Of a DNA stretch of 64,000 bases, positions 18,884 through 28,506 are shown piece after piece (position 1 is the first letter of the stretch; the number at the start of each line of letters is the position of its first letter). The position numbers and the translations under genes are program-made. The notes beneath the pieces are model-generated. The model made no database searches. It was not told the origin of the DNA and was given only the letters and a program-made list of their open reading frames with translations. The DNA is taken from NCBI GenBank assembly GCA_902472555.1, contig CABROF010000001.1, forward strand, positions 32,025-96,024. The letters run 5' to 3'. This DNA comes from an uncultured Oscillospiraceae bacterium (GTDB lineage Bacteria > Bacillota > Clostridia > UBA1212 > UBA1255).

Positions 18884-21463
18884 ATGAAGCACAGAAAAGA
18901 TTTTTTTCATATTTTAATTCGTTGTATGCTTGCCTTTCTTTTTATTTATACAGCCGCCGGCTGTACCGTACAATCCCTGCCGCAGCATACAGCGCCTGCT
19001 GCTTCCGCTTCAGATCGGACGGATTTTCCTGTGCAAACGACTGCTGAAGCCTCGCCTGCCCAAACACCTTCCTCGGAAACGCCCAATCCGGCACACTTTT
19101 TAAAAATCAGTGAACTAATGGCTTCCAACACCTTAGGAATTACAGACCGTCAGGGCGTCAGGCAGGATTGGATTGAACTTACAAATTACGGCAGCGTTCC
19201 CATCCATCTCAAGGGCTTTTCCCTGAGTCTTTCTCCCGGAAGCGTAAAATGGACATTTCCCGACGTATGGATAGCGCCGCAGGCATCCCTGCTGCTATTT
19301 GCTTCCGGCGCAGGCACCTATACCGGCGAGCTGCACATTGCCTTCAAATTGAGCAAGGAGAGCAAAACCGTCCTGCTTGCAGATCCGGAAGGCCTTTTGA
19401 TTGACAGCGTTACATATCCTGATCTAAAAGACGATTATGCCTATGCACGGACCGGGGCTCAGCCCACGGATCCCTTTGCGGTCACAAACATTGTCTCGCC
19501 GGGATATCCAAATACGGTTGCCGGTGTGGAGGCATATTTTGCAGAAGCAGAGGCCGGGGGTAAAATGCTGGTGATCAACGAAGCGGTAAGCTCTAATTTT
19601 CAGCAGCTGGAACAAAACGGAGCATATTATGACTGGATTGAAATTAAAAATGTCACTTCTGCTTCCGTCAATCTAAAAAATTATTATTTATCCGACAGCA
19701 AAAAGGATCCGTTGAAATGGAATATGCCGGATCAAATACTCGCGCCCGGTGAAATCTGTGTTTTTCTCGCCTCCGGGGATGAAAGTCTGACTGGCGGTTC
19801 CTATGTACATACAAATTTTAAGCTGGACGGAATATCAGAATGCCTATATCTATCAGACGCTGCCAAAAATTTGCTTGACGGTGTGCTGCTAACGGACATT
19901 CCCTATGGCGGAAGCTGCGGCAGAATGCCCGGGAAAGCCGGCTTCTTTTACTTTGAAAAAGCAACGCCCGGCGAAGAAAACACTGCCGGGAAACGAGAAA
20001 TCTCCCATACGCCGGTCTCATTGACGCCGGATGGTATTTACGACGAATCCGCCGCACCGATTCTTGTTACGCTTTCCGGAGAAGGCAGGATTTATTATAC
20101 GCTTGACGGAAAGGAACCGACGGATAAGAGCCTGCTCTATACAGGTCCCTTCACGATCTCCGAAACCACAGTGGTCAGAGCGGTTTCCATCGCGCCGGAT
20201 AAAATCAAAAGTGACGTATACACAGCCGGCTTTTTTATAAACGAAGGCCATACGCTTCCGATTCTGAGCGTTGTATTGGATCCGGACGATCTCTGGAGCG
20301 ATGAAACGGGGATTTATGTAAAAGGGCCGGATGCCTCTCCGGAGGCACCCTATTACGGAGCAAATTATTATAAAGACTGGGAGCGAAAGGCCAGTGCCGC
20401 ATTTTATGAAAAAGGCGGAAGCGGATTTACCATTGACTGCGGTCTCAAAATCGCGGGCGGAGGAAGCCGGTATCTCGAAAAGAAATCATTCAGCCTGAAA
20501 TTCAAATCCCGTTACGGCAGCGAATTTCTTGAATATCCCATATTTGAAAATCCAGATGCACCAGCCCGCTTCAAAACGCTCATGATTCGCTGCGGCGAAG
20601 ATTATACCCGTTCTATTTTCCGCGATGAATTTCTCACCGCACTGGCCGCAGACGGCATGCAGAATCTCGAGGTGCAGAATTACAGGTTCTGTGTTCTGTA
20701 TCTGAACGGCGCGTATTGGGGAATCTATGCCATCCGGGAAAAAGTCGACGAAGACTTCGTGGTTTCCCGTCACCCAGAGACGGACCCGGAAACGGTCTCT
20801 CTCATCCGCAGCAGCGCAGATGTGGAGTTCGGCAGCGGAAAAGCTTATGATGCGCTGTGCCAATACGTAAAAAAACATGATATGTCCCTGCCTGAAAGCT
20901 ACCGTTATCTCGCGGATCGTGTCAATGTCGACAGCATGATCGAATGGCTGGTGGCGGAAGTCTACTCCGGTAATAAGGATTTGGCCAACATCCGCTGCTT
21001 TACGGCAGCAGACCCTGCAGGCAAGCAAACGCTGAAATGGTACTGGGTATTTTATGACCTTGACTGGGGATATATTCATCACGTCGCGCCCTTTTATTTT
21101 CTGCAGGGCAGCGCCGAGGACTCCCGCTCCGTTTTATTCCGCGCGCTTCTGAAAAGTGAAGAAGGCCGCGACCGATTCCTTACGCAGCTGGCATATCACC
21201 TGAGAAATACATTTTCAGAGCAGAAGGCGCTGCAGAAAATCGCGCTGCTGGAATCACTGCTGGAGCCTGAGGTTCTGCGCAACTGCCGCCGATGGGATGT
21301 GCCCGTAGAAAATTACAGGCAAAGCGTTGCGGCGCTAAAAGCCTACGCCTCCTCCGGGCGAGAGCAAGAGGTGATTGATGCAGCAGTCCTTTATTTCAAT
21401 CTTTCCGCCGCAGAGCAGCAGCATTATTTCGGAATGATCTCTGATGAACGCCTGCGCAAATAG
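18884..21463 (+). CDS. Secreted CotH-family (atypical kinase-like) protein with two N-terminal lamin-tail domains (LTD).
   Basis: Signal peptide. Two LTD motifs (ISELMASNTLGITDRQGVRQDWIELTNYGSVPIHLKGFSLS and VINEAVSSNFQQLEQNGAYYDWIEIKNVTSASVNLKNYYLSD). The C-terminal region has the CotH-like RFCVLYLNGAYWGIYAIREKVDEDFV ... NKDLANIRCF. Confidence 0.65.
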   Translation: MKHRKDFFHILIRCMLAFLFIYTAAGCTVQSLPQHTAPAASASDRTDFPVQTTAEASPAQTPSSETPNPAHFLKISELMASNTLGITDRQGVRQDWIELTNYGSVPIHLKGFSLSLSPGSVKWTFPDVWIAPQASLLLFASGAGTYTGELHIAFKLSKESKTVLLADPEGLLIDSVTYPDLKDDYAYARTGAQPTDPFAVTNIVSPGYPNTVAGVEAYFAEAEAGGKMLVINEAVSSNFQQLEQNGAYYDWIEIKNVTSASVNLKNYYLSDSKKDPLKWNMPDQILAPGEICVFLASGDESLTGGSYVHTNFKLDGISECLYLSDAAKNLLDGVLLTDIPYGGSCGRMPGKAGFFYFEKATPGEENTAGKREISHTPVSLTPDGIYDESAAPILVTLSGEGRIYYTLDGKEPTDKSLLYTGPFTISETTVVRAVSIAPDKIKSDVYTAGFFINEGHTLPILSVVLDPDDLWSDETGIYVKGPDASPEAPYYGANYYKDWERKASAAFYEKGGSGFTIDCGLKIAGGGSRYLEKKSFSLKFKSRYGSEFLEYPIFENPDAPARFKTLMIRCGEDYTRSIFRDEFLTALAADGMQNLEVQNYRFCVLYLNGAYWGIYAIREKVDEDFVVSRHPETDPETVSLIRSSADVEFGSGKAYDALCQYVKKHDMSLPESYRYLADRVNVDSMIEWLVAEVYSGNKDLANIRCFTAADPAGKQTLKWYWVFYDLDWGYIHHVAPFYFLQGSAEDSRSVLFRALLKSEEGRDRFLTQLAYHLRNTFSEQKALQKIALLESLLEPEVLRNCRRWDVPVENYRQSVAALKAYASSGREQEVIDAAVLYFNLSAAEQQHYFGMISDERLRK

Positions 21464-21605
21464 CTTAGCTTCGGCAGCTGAGCCGCGAAAAAGGCGCCTG
21501 CCTGTTTCGCAGGCCAATACTTCCTTGCGATAAACCGGCGGCTGTCATCCGGTAAATGGGGCTGTAAAAAAACGCGATAAAAGTAAAAATCGCACATGAT
21601 AAATT

Positions 21606-21640
21606 CCGGCCAAACCACGGTTTACCGTGAATTGGCCGGG
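21606..21640. terminator. Perfect hairpin CCGGCCAAACCACGG-TTT-ACCGTGAATTGGCCGG between convergent genes. It is nested inside a longer roughly 20-bp inverted repeat (21557..21577 / 21658..21677).
   Basis: Read directly from the sequence. It lies between the CotH gene (+) and the 21699 gene (-). Confidence 0.4.
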
Positions 21641-21698
21641 AAGCTTTTGGGAAAAGGCGTTTTTTACAGCCCCATCGTCGTATGTCTGGCCAGCCCCT

Positions 21699-22619
21699 TT
21701 ATTCGCGTCTCATTCTGCGTTTCGTTGCAGACACCGCACCTGCCAATACTGCGGCTGCACAGATACAAGCACAAAGGAAATCCGCATCACCGGTCTCTAC
21801 AGGTTCCAATCCGCCCTTTACGATAAACGGCTGTTCTTCCACTACCGTGCCGGCTTTGTTTCTCATCACAACCTTATATGCACCTGCCGGAATATCAATA
21901 TAAGGCTTCACCTCGGCATTGTCCGGAGTAGGACAATAAAAATCAAACAAATCCAGAGCAACGCCTGGCTGAATAACCGTATAATCCTGCGTGGTCTCCG
22001 TAAGCGTAAAGTATGCATAATAAATACCTGCATTCTGACCAGGCACACTGTCTTTTAAGTAAAGCACTACGGAATCTGTGTCTCCGCCGGTTGCCGTCAC
22101 CATAATCGGTTCCCCTTCTTCATAAACTTCTTTGTTCAGCGATAAAGAACGTTCAATGCCGGCAGTAATCGTAAATTCTTTTGTGGCTAAAACAGAACCA
22201 CTTGTGGCTCTGACTACAATTTTATAATTTCCCTCTTTCAGAGCCTTTGTTTCGGCATCAATAAATGGTTTCACATCATTCGGATTCTCCGGAGTCGGAC
22301 AAGCCCACTTTAAAAGATCGCTGGCAACGCCATTGTCCAGCTTTGTATACGATTCCCTTCCTGTTATGGTATTATCAAAACAAGCATAATAAATACCACC
22401 GTTCACGCCGGGCGTCTTATCCTTTTGGTAGACCACCACATAATCTGTATCTTCACCTGTAGCGGTAACCAGAATTGTTTCTCCTACTTCATAAACGGTT
22501 TTATCCGTCGACAAGGAACGTTCCGCTTCTGCCCGCACCTGTATCACAGGCAGAAAAGACAGCAGCAAACAAACCGCCAATAAACCTAAAATACCCTTAC
22601 TCACATATTTCATATACAC
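21699..22619 (-). CDS. Cell-surface protein with two copies of a roughly 130-aa repeat domain, a signal peptide and a C-terminal hydrophobic anchor with a basic tail.
   Basis: The internal repeat is [SLS-DKTVYEVGETILVTATGEDTDYVVVYQKD..PG.NGGIYYA.F] x2. The C-terminus is FLCACICAAAVLAGAVSATKRRMRRE. Confidence 0.5.
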   Translation of the reverse strand: MYMKYVSKGILGLLAVCLLLSFLPVIQVRAEAERSLSTDKTVYEVGETILVTATGEDTDYVVVYQKDKTPGVNGGIYYACFDNTITGRESYTKLDNGVASDLLKWACPTPENPNDVKPFIDAETKALKEGNYKIVVRATSGSVLATKEFTITAGIERSLSLNKEVYEEGEPIMVTATGGDTDSVVLYLKDSVPGQNAGIYYAYFTLTETTQDYTVIQPGVALDLFDFYCPTPDNAEVKPYIDIPAGAYKVVMRNKAGTVVEEQPFIVKGGLEPVETGDADFLCACICAAAVLAGAVSATKRRMRRE

Positions 22620-22633
22620 CCAACCTTTCTTAA

Positions 22634-23560
22634 TTATTTTCTCTTTTTAAGAACAACTATCACAATTACTGCAATTACAGCAGCCGCAACTACGCCTACA
22701 ATCATCCAGACAGCAGTATTGGTACCGTCTTGAGAAGAATTGGCTGGTTTTGTTGTGGGATCAGTCGTATCATCCGGTTCTGCAGTCACAATCTTTGCCG
22801 TTGTCGGAGTCGGGCTCGGCGCTTCCGTTGCATTCGGGTCTTCTGTTGCATTGGGATCCTTTGTCGGAGTCGCCAGCCGCCAGACAACCTCAAATGCCTG
22901 CTCTGCCACCACCGTACCGCTGTTATCCCGTATGACAATCTTGTACGCGCCTTCCGGTATATCTATATACGGAGCTACCTGCGGATTTGAGGGGGTGGCG
23001 CAGAACCAGTCAAATACATCGATCGGTACATGATTTTCAATTAAAGTGTAGTCTGCTCTTGCTCCTATTGACGTATCAAACGCAGCATAATAAATACCGG
23101 CATCCTGACCCGGAATATAATCCTGTGGATAGAGACATATATAGTCCGTCGCTTCCCCGGATGCCGTAACCAGAATCGCCTCTCCCTCTTCATAAACCGT
23201 CTTATCCAAGGATAAAGAACGTCCCGTGCCTGCTTCCGGATCTGTTCCCGCTGCCGTTCCCGGCGTCATATCCTGTACTGCGAAAGCCCCCCCCTTTTCC
23301 ACCGTCTTTATTGATGTGTCATTCGTAAAAACTGCGTAATAAATTCCTGAATTTTGTCCCGGGACATCGTCTTCTCTGTAAAAGCCAACAAAATCCGTAT
23401 CTTCACCTGTGGCGGTAACCAGAATTGTTTCTCCTACTTCATAAACGGTTTTATCTGCTGACAGGGAACGTTCCGCTTCTGCCTGCACTTTTACAGGCAG
23501 AAAAGACAGCATTACACAGACCGCCAGCAAACCAAAAATACATCTGAATCCATTTCTCAT
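22634..23560 (-). CDS. Paralogous cell-surface repeat protein. It has two copies of the same domain, then a Thr/Pro-rich stalk, then a C-terminal transmembrane anchor.
   Basis: The same repeat signature (SLSADKTVYEVGETILVTATGEDTDFV ... SLSLDKTVYEEGEAILVTASGEATDYICLY ... AGIYYAAF). Stalk PTKDPNATEDPNATEAPSPTPTT. Anchor MIVGVVAAAVIAVIVIVVLKKRK. Confidence 0.5.
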   Translation of the reverse strand: MRNGFRCIFGLLAVCVMLSFLPVKVQAEAERSLSADKTVYEVGETILVTATGEDTDFVGFYREDDVPGQNSGIYYAVFTNDTSIKTVEKGGAFAVQDMTPGTAAGTDPEAGTGRSLSLDKTVYEEGEAILVTASGEATDYICLYPQDYIPGQDAGIYYAAFDTSIGARADYTLIENHVPIDVFDWFCATPSNPQVAPYIDIPEGAYKIVIRDNSGTVVAEQAFEVVWRLATPTKDPNATEDPNATEAPSPTPTTAKIVTAEPDDTTDPTTKPANSSQDGTNTAVWMIVGVVAAAVIAVIVIVVLKKRK

Positions 23561-23585
23561 AACTCTCCGCTCCTTTTTATATAAA

Positions 23586-25835
23586 TTATTTTACAATCCA
23601 TACCGGATTGGAAAACGCAAAACCGCCCATATAATCCGAATCACCGAATAACGAATGCTGCGTGTACACTTCTACTCTGTAAAACTCATTTTCCGCCACA
23701 TCAATTTTTTGACTGTATTCAAACAGATGTGCCCCCTTGGATCCTTTTGCATCCTCATAAAGCACCTTTACTTCCCGATTCTTATAAGCGGTATCCACAT
23801 CGCCGCCTATTGTATATCGATATAAGACCACCTTTTTAATTGTCGAATATTGGTCCGCAGCTCTGATTTTCACAGTTGCCGTGCCGTTTTCCGGAAGCAG
23901 CAAAGACTGTCCGTTGCCGGCGCCGCTAATAGAAAAACGCAATTCCGGTCCGTTTGTTCCATAGAAGGTTCCATTCTTCAGCGCTTGAATGATGTTCTCT
24001 TCATTCAATTCATTGATCAGCACCGCGTTCCCTGCCGTACCCACAATCTGATCGGTATGACCGTCGGTATTGCAAATGCCATAGTAATGCTGCTCACCTT
24101 TCAGATTATAACGATCCCACCACTCAAACGCATCATCCGTCCATTCTGAATGCCTACGATAATTATGTCCATCCTCATTGTAGACCTCAATTCCGGTAAA
24201 ACCCGTGTAATAATCCACTTTCGTCGGATCCGTTCCCACTCCGGGCCAAATCCAGCGGCCGTCTCCAGTGTAAAACGGATGCGCAATATAGCACAGCCCG
24301 CCTTCCTCAATAATCGTATCCATAATTTCCTGCCATTCCCCTACTGTGGGCCGGATCGCCGCCATGATTTCCCACATACCGCCAGTATATCCCGCTGGAT
24401 GCATGTAAGTCGTATTATATTCCAGCATGTGGCCATAGTTGGTCGTAATTTCATTTCCCACAATCGGAATAAAGTCCGTAAGGCCTTTTGCCGCAGCCCG
24501 GGCAAACGCTTTATTGCCGGGATTGCAGTTGTGTTCCGTAGTCAGAATCCACGCATGGCCTTTGTGATACACGGAAAGAAAGTTATCTTTTAAAGGGCTG
24601 TGGCCGTCGCTTAGCGTACTGTGCGTATGCGCATCTCCCACATAATAGCCTTTGCCATCGGCAATCAGGCGGAAGGATTCTTGAGATAAAATTTTATTGC
24701 TTTTTGTCAGTAATTGTACCGAACAAAGTCCGCTGCCGCCTTCCTGTATAGTGAAATCATATTTGAAATCAGCCGATCCCTGGGCTTCAACCACAATCGC
24801 CAGCTGATCCGCATGGGCATTATGCGTCATCAAAAGCGGCCGCTCTAACTTTACTTTAAACGTTCTATCAGTATCTGTGTGGTTTTCCAGTGTACCGGTA
24901 ATAGACATGGTGTTTCCTGCCGCTGCCTCTCCTGTCAGAACTACATCTCGCATAATATAGCTTTCCACCTCGGCAGACCCACGGTTTTCAAGCGTTTGTG
25001 GATCCGTTATTACATTTTTAAAGCTCTGATAAGCTTGCTGAACCTCCTGTTCAGTCAAAGCACCGCTGTAAAGCGCTGCCTTCGTATAGATAGATGCGCC
25101 TGCCGCATAATCCGTGATTGTTTTGCCGGTCCCGATATCAGCACCGATTACATAGATAAAAGGAGACTCGCCGAATGTCAGACCCGATACATGCAATGTA
25201 TTCTGCAACTGGCCATTCACATAAAACAGGATCTGATTTTTCTCGGCATCATAAACACCCATCAGATGATACAATTCTCCAATCCGTATTTTTTCCTTTC
25301 CGAAAACCGTTCTGTAATCTGTATCAAAATGTTGGAATTTAAAGAAACCGTTATCAAACCAAAGCCCAAACATCCCGTTCTGCGTGGAAGAAAAAATTCC
25401 GATTTGCCGATTGCCCGGCTCCTCTGTATACTGTACTGCCGCTTCAATACTGTAGCCGCCGGACAGTGTCTTCTGAAATGCTTCCTCTTCGGCATAAGCA
25501 GATAAATCGACGCCCATGGCCTGTTTATCCTCTCCCGTATTCCGGTATCCCGGAATTGTCGCAGTTATGCCCTGATGTGTTACTGAGACAGGCTCCACCA
25601 TACCGCTGCCTTCTGTTCGGAACGAAGCATTGTGCGCCAGATCCGCATAGGTCCCGTCACGATAGAAGCACACATCCGCAATGACATGATTCTGATATAA
25701 TGAAAACCCCTCTTTTACGGCAGAATCCGGAATCGCCGGAGGCCCGCTTTCAGCAGGATCCGCAGTTTCTGGACTGCATGCATATAAACTCAGGAAAACC
25801 ATCAAAAGCAACCCGATGATACCTTTTTGTTTCAT
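23586..25835 (-). CDS. Secreted lipoprotein with a PHP-family metal-dependent phosphoesterase domain and a LamG/concanavalin-like domain.
   Basis: Lipobox LSLYACS. PHP signature GDAHTHSTLSDGHSPLKDNF ... ILTTEHN. The preceding region (GIFSSTQNGMFGLWFDNGFFKFQHF ... LYHLMGVYD) resembles LamG. Confidence 0.55.
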   Translation of the reverse strand: MKQKGIIGLLLMVFLSLYACSPETADPAESGPPAIPDSAVKEGFSLYQNHVIADVCFYRDGTYADLAHNASFRTEGSGMVEPVSVTHQGITATIPGYRNTGEDKQAMGVDLSAYAEEEAFQKTLSGGYSIEAAVQYTEEPGNRQIGIFSSTQNGMFGLWFDNGFFKFQHFDTDYRTVFGKEKIRIGELYHLMGVYDAEKNQILFYVNGQLQNTLHVSGLTFGESPFIYVIGADIGTGKTITDYAAGASIYTKAALYSGALTEQEVQQAYQSFKNVITDPQTLENRGSAEVESYIMRDVVLTGEAAAGNTMSITGTLENHTDTDRTFKVKLERPLLMTHNAHADQLAIVVEAQGSADFKYDFTIQEGGSGLCSVQLLTKSNKILSQESFRLIADGKGYYVGDAHTHSTLSDGHSPLKDNFLSVYHKGHAWILTTEHNCNPGNKAFARAAAKGLTDFIPIVGNEITTNYGHMLEYNTTYMHPAGYTGGMWEIMAAIRPTVGEWQEIMDTIIEEGGLCYIAHPFYTGDGRWIWPGVGTDPTKVDYYTGFTGIEVYNEDGHNYRRHSEWTDDAFEWWDRYNLKGEQHYYGICNTDGHTDQIVGTAGNAVLINELNEENIIQALKNGTFYGTNGPELRFSISGAGNGQSLLLPENGTATVKIRAADQYSTIKKVVLYRYTIGGDVDTAYKNREVKVLYEDAKGSKGAHLFEYSQKIDVAENEFYRVEVYTQHSLFGDSDYMGGFAFSNPVWIVK

Positions 25836-25854
25836 GTCTTTCTCCTCCTCTTAA

Positions 25855-28179
25855 TTAATCTATCAATTCTCCGTAAACTTCCATTTCCGCAATTTCAACA
25901 CAATACCCGGCGGATGCCGTCCCCGAACGAGTCAGCTTTGTTGCGGCGAATTGAACATAACGTGCTTGTATGGGCTCAATTTCTAATGTACGTACATCCT
26001 GACGCTGCGGAGTATTATCATGCTTCATCTGTTTGACGGCTGTCCACTGAACGCCGTCTTGGGAAACCCGGATTTCATAATCATCCGGAAAAACATTTAC
26101 ACCATTCCATACCTTTTGCGGCGTCAGTACAACACGTTCTACTTTATAACTTCCCAACAGATCGATTATGATCCATTCTTCTGCGTTTTCGGTGGAATTT
26201 CGATTCATTCCGCTGGACCAGACTTTAGATGTACCATCGTTAATATAGGTATAATGGCAGTTCCAATCCGGCTGATCCGTACTGGAGGAATAACTTAAAA
26301 CCGGTTTATGCAATGCAATATTTTCGCCATCTGTATAGGCTGGCGGTTCATAAGAAGTAGCAATATGGTCTTCAATAGAACCGTCATCATGATAAACCGC
26401 GATCTCACCGATTTCACAGAAGCAATTCCCCTCCGATAGCAAAAAATCCGTTACCACCAGACGCATATAGCGTGCCTGTATCGCATGAAAACGAAATACC
26501 GGTACTTTGGTACGGTCCAGGATATCATTTTCTTCTCTCACAACCTCCGTCCATTCCCGGCCATCTGCCGAAGTCAGAATCAGAAAGGATTTCGGAAAAT
26601 AAGCCCCGCAGCGAACACCATTGCCCATCGGATACAAGTCCACGCGATTCAGCGTCTCTATATCACCGAAATCCAATGTGATATATTGTGCCCTTCCGTC
26701 CGTGGTTATCAGTTTTGCACCGTTTCCATCTGTTCCTTCTCCGTCATGCACATCACATAAGAAAGCAGTACCGTCCCCTGCCGCGCTGCTGGCAAAGAGA
26801 CGGGCAGAGACAGCTAAATTTCGTGATCTTTCATGACTATCTTCAACTAAATTCCCGTCAATCACCTGAAATACCGCACCGTCGCCGGCTGCCAGCTGCA
26901 GCGTCAGCACCCCGTTTTCCACCGGCGCATCCACCAGCGCTCCGGTACGCTCGTCAACCATCTTCAGCCGAAGCGCTCCTACATCCAGACGGATCTGCTG
27001 TGTTTTTCTAAAATCTTTGTTTACAATCATGAAATACGAATTCTCGTCGCTGCGCGGCTGAATAACAGATAAGATAACATCTGTTTTATCGATTGCTTGT
27101 ATCGGGAAGTCATTCGGAATTTTTTTATAAGCACCGGGAGTTCTTATCATACTGTGGTAAACTGCCACTGCATCGCCGGAAGCCAGATACGTCCCCAGAC
27201 GATGGATTTTTTTGTTGATTTCACACACTGCGAAAAAAAGATCCGTCGGTTCATAATCCCTATCAAAAATAGCATTGCTGTATGTACCTTCCCCGCTGGG
27301 GGGCGTTCCCCATGTAAAAAACTTAAGTTCTTTTACACCGTACGCCAATGCCGCCATCATATTGTAACGCAGATCAGCGGCAGTCGGTCTCCGATAATGA
27401 TCCTGATATCCGACAGACTGTACGTATACCGCTGTGTTTTTTCCGGTAGCCAGCGCGGCGCGGCGCAGATCATCATAATTTCTGAATAATTCAAGCTCAT
27501 TAACGCCGCCGTTTAAATCAAAGCAATAGGTATCCAAAGACAACGTCCCGCCGTAAGGAATCAAGCTTCCAAAATCGGTTAGACGTTTATAATAGGTTCC
27601 CTCCGGATAACATCCTCTCGGCAGGAAGTTGATATTGATATACGAATCCGGACAGACAGAACGCAGTAAATTTTCCACATCGGCATAAACATTCGGATTG
27701 ACCGGCTCATCCACCACATAAAAGCCGGCAAATCCCGGTAAATCCTTATATTCTTCAGCAATCTCCAGCAGCGCTTCATCGGTTTGTTCAAGGCACGTCT
27801 GAATGCGGTAATCTCTGGAATAAATACGCAGACCGTGTTCCGCAGCTTCTGCCATAATCTGCTTGTACTTATCTGCCGTATGGCCTTCCGCGACCCATAC
27901 AGGATCCACATATATATGAGAAACCACATCAATTTCCGCTTCATTCATATAAGCAAATTGTCTTTTCCGTACCTCTTCGTCGTGCAGTGGTACCAGATAT
28001 GCATTAATAATAATATTGTCCCGCGTAATCGGCTGTACATTGTTCATTGGCAGCATATAGTCCTCCTTTTTGTCCTGTTCAGGCTGATTGCTCCGGCGGC
28101 ACCCCGGCAGTATGAAAAGCAGCAGTAATGAGAAAAGTATGATTACAGTCAGCTGCCATCTCCTGAATATTGGATTCAT
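25855..28179 (-). CDS. Secreted glycoside-hydrolase-like TIM-barrel protein with two C-terminal F5/8 type C (discoidin) domains.
   Basis: Signal peptide. The N-terminal half has FAGFYVVDEP-type GH-like motifs. Two discoidin-like blocks (...AQYITLDFGDIETLNRVDLYP... and ...EEWIIIDLLGSYKVERVVLTPQ...). Confidence 0.5.
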   Translation of the reverse strand: MNPIFRRWQLTVIILFSLLLLFILPGCRRSNQPEQDKKEDYMLPMNNVQPITRDNIIINAYLVPLHDEEVRKRQFAYMNEAEIDVVSHIYVDPVWVAEGHTADKYKQIMAEAAEHGLRIYSRDYRIQTCLEQTDEALLEIAEEYKDLPGFAGFYVVDEPVNPNVYADVENLLRSVCPDSYININFLPRGCYPEGTYYKRLTDFGSLIPYGGTLSLDTYCFDLNGGVNELELFRNYDDLRRAALATGKNTAVYVQSVGYQDHYRRPTAADLRYNMMAALAYGVKELKFFTWGTPPSGEGTYSNAIFDRDYEPTDLFFAVCEINKKIHRLGTYLASGDAVAVYHSMIRTPGAYKKIPNDFPIQAIDKTDVILSVIQPRSDENSYFMIVNKDFRKTQQIRLDVGALRLKMVDERTGALVDAPVENGVLTLQLAAGDGAVFQVIDGNLVEDSHERSRNLAVSARLFASSAAGDGTAFLCDVHDGEGTDGNGAKLITTDGRAQYITLDFGDIETLNRVDLYPMGNGVRCGAYFPKSFLILTSADGREWTEVVREENDILDRTKVPVFRFHAIQARYMRLVVTDFLLSEGNCFCEIGEIAVYHDDGSIEDHIATSYEPPAYTDGENIALHKPVLSYSSSTDQPDWNCHYTYINDGTSKVWSSGMNRNSTENAEEWIIIDLLGSYKVERVVLTPQKVWNGVNVFPDDYEIRVSQDGVQWTAVKQMKHDNTPQRQDVRTLEIEPIQARYVQFAATKLTRSGTASAGYCVEIAEMEVYGELID

Positions 28180-28455
28180 TGCAAATAAAACCTCCCTGCT
28201 TTATAAGTTTCACTGATCATACGTTAACACAGCCGAACACTTTTCTGCTATTTCTAAAAAGACCACTTTTGTCATTTTTTCGACTTTTTGGCTGATTACA
28301 GAATCCTTCAGCCTTCCTCTGCATAAAACTATACATTTGAGTATGATACAGGTTACACCGCTGAAAACACGGATTGATTCGGCTGCGGAATACATCTTGA
28401 ATATTTTGTAAATCTGCGTTAAACTCTCTGCATACAGTAGAGTTCAGGAGGGTAG

Positions 28456-28478
28456 CGTGAAAAATAAAATTTTTCACG
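28456..28478. promoter_or_regulatory. Perfect 10-3-10 palindrome CGTGAAAAAT-AAA-ATTTTTCACG, 30 bp upstream of the merR-like gene. Candidate operator.
   Basis: Read directly from the sequence. No T-tract follows, so it is not a typical terminator. Confidence 0.35.
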
Positions 28479-28506
28479 CGGAAATTGCGAAAGGATGGAG
28501 ATGATT

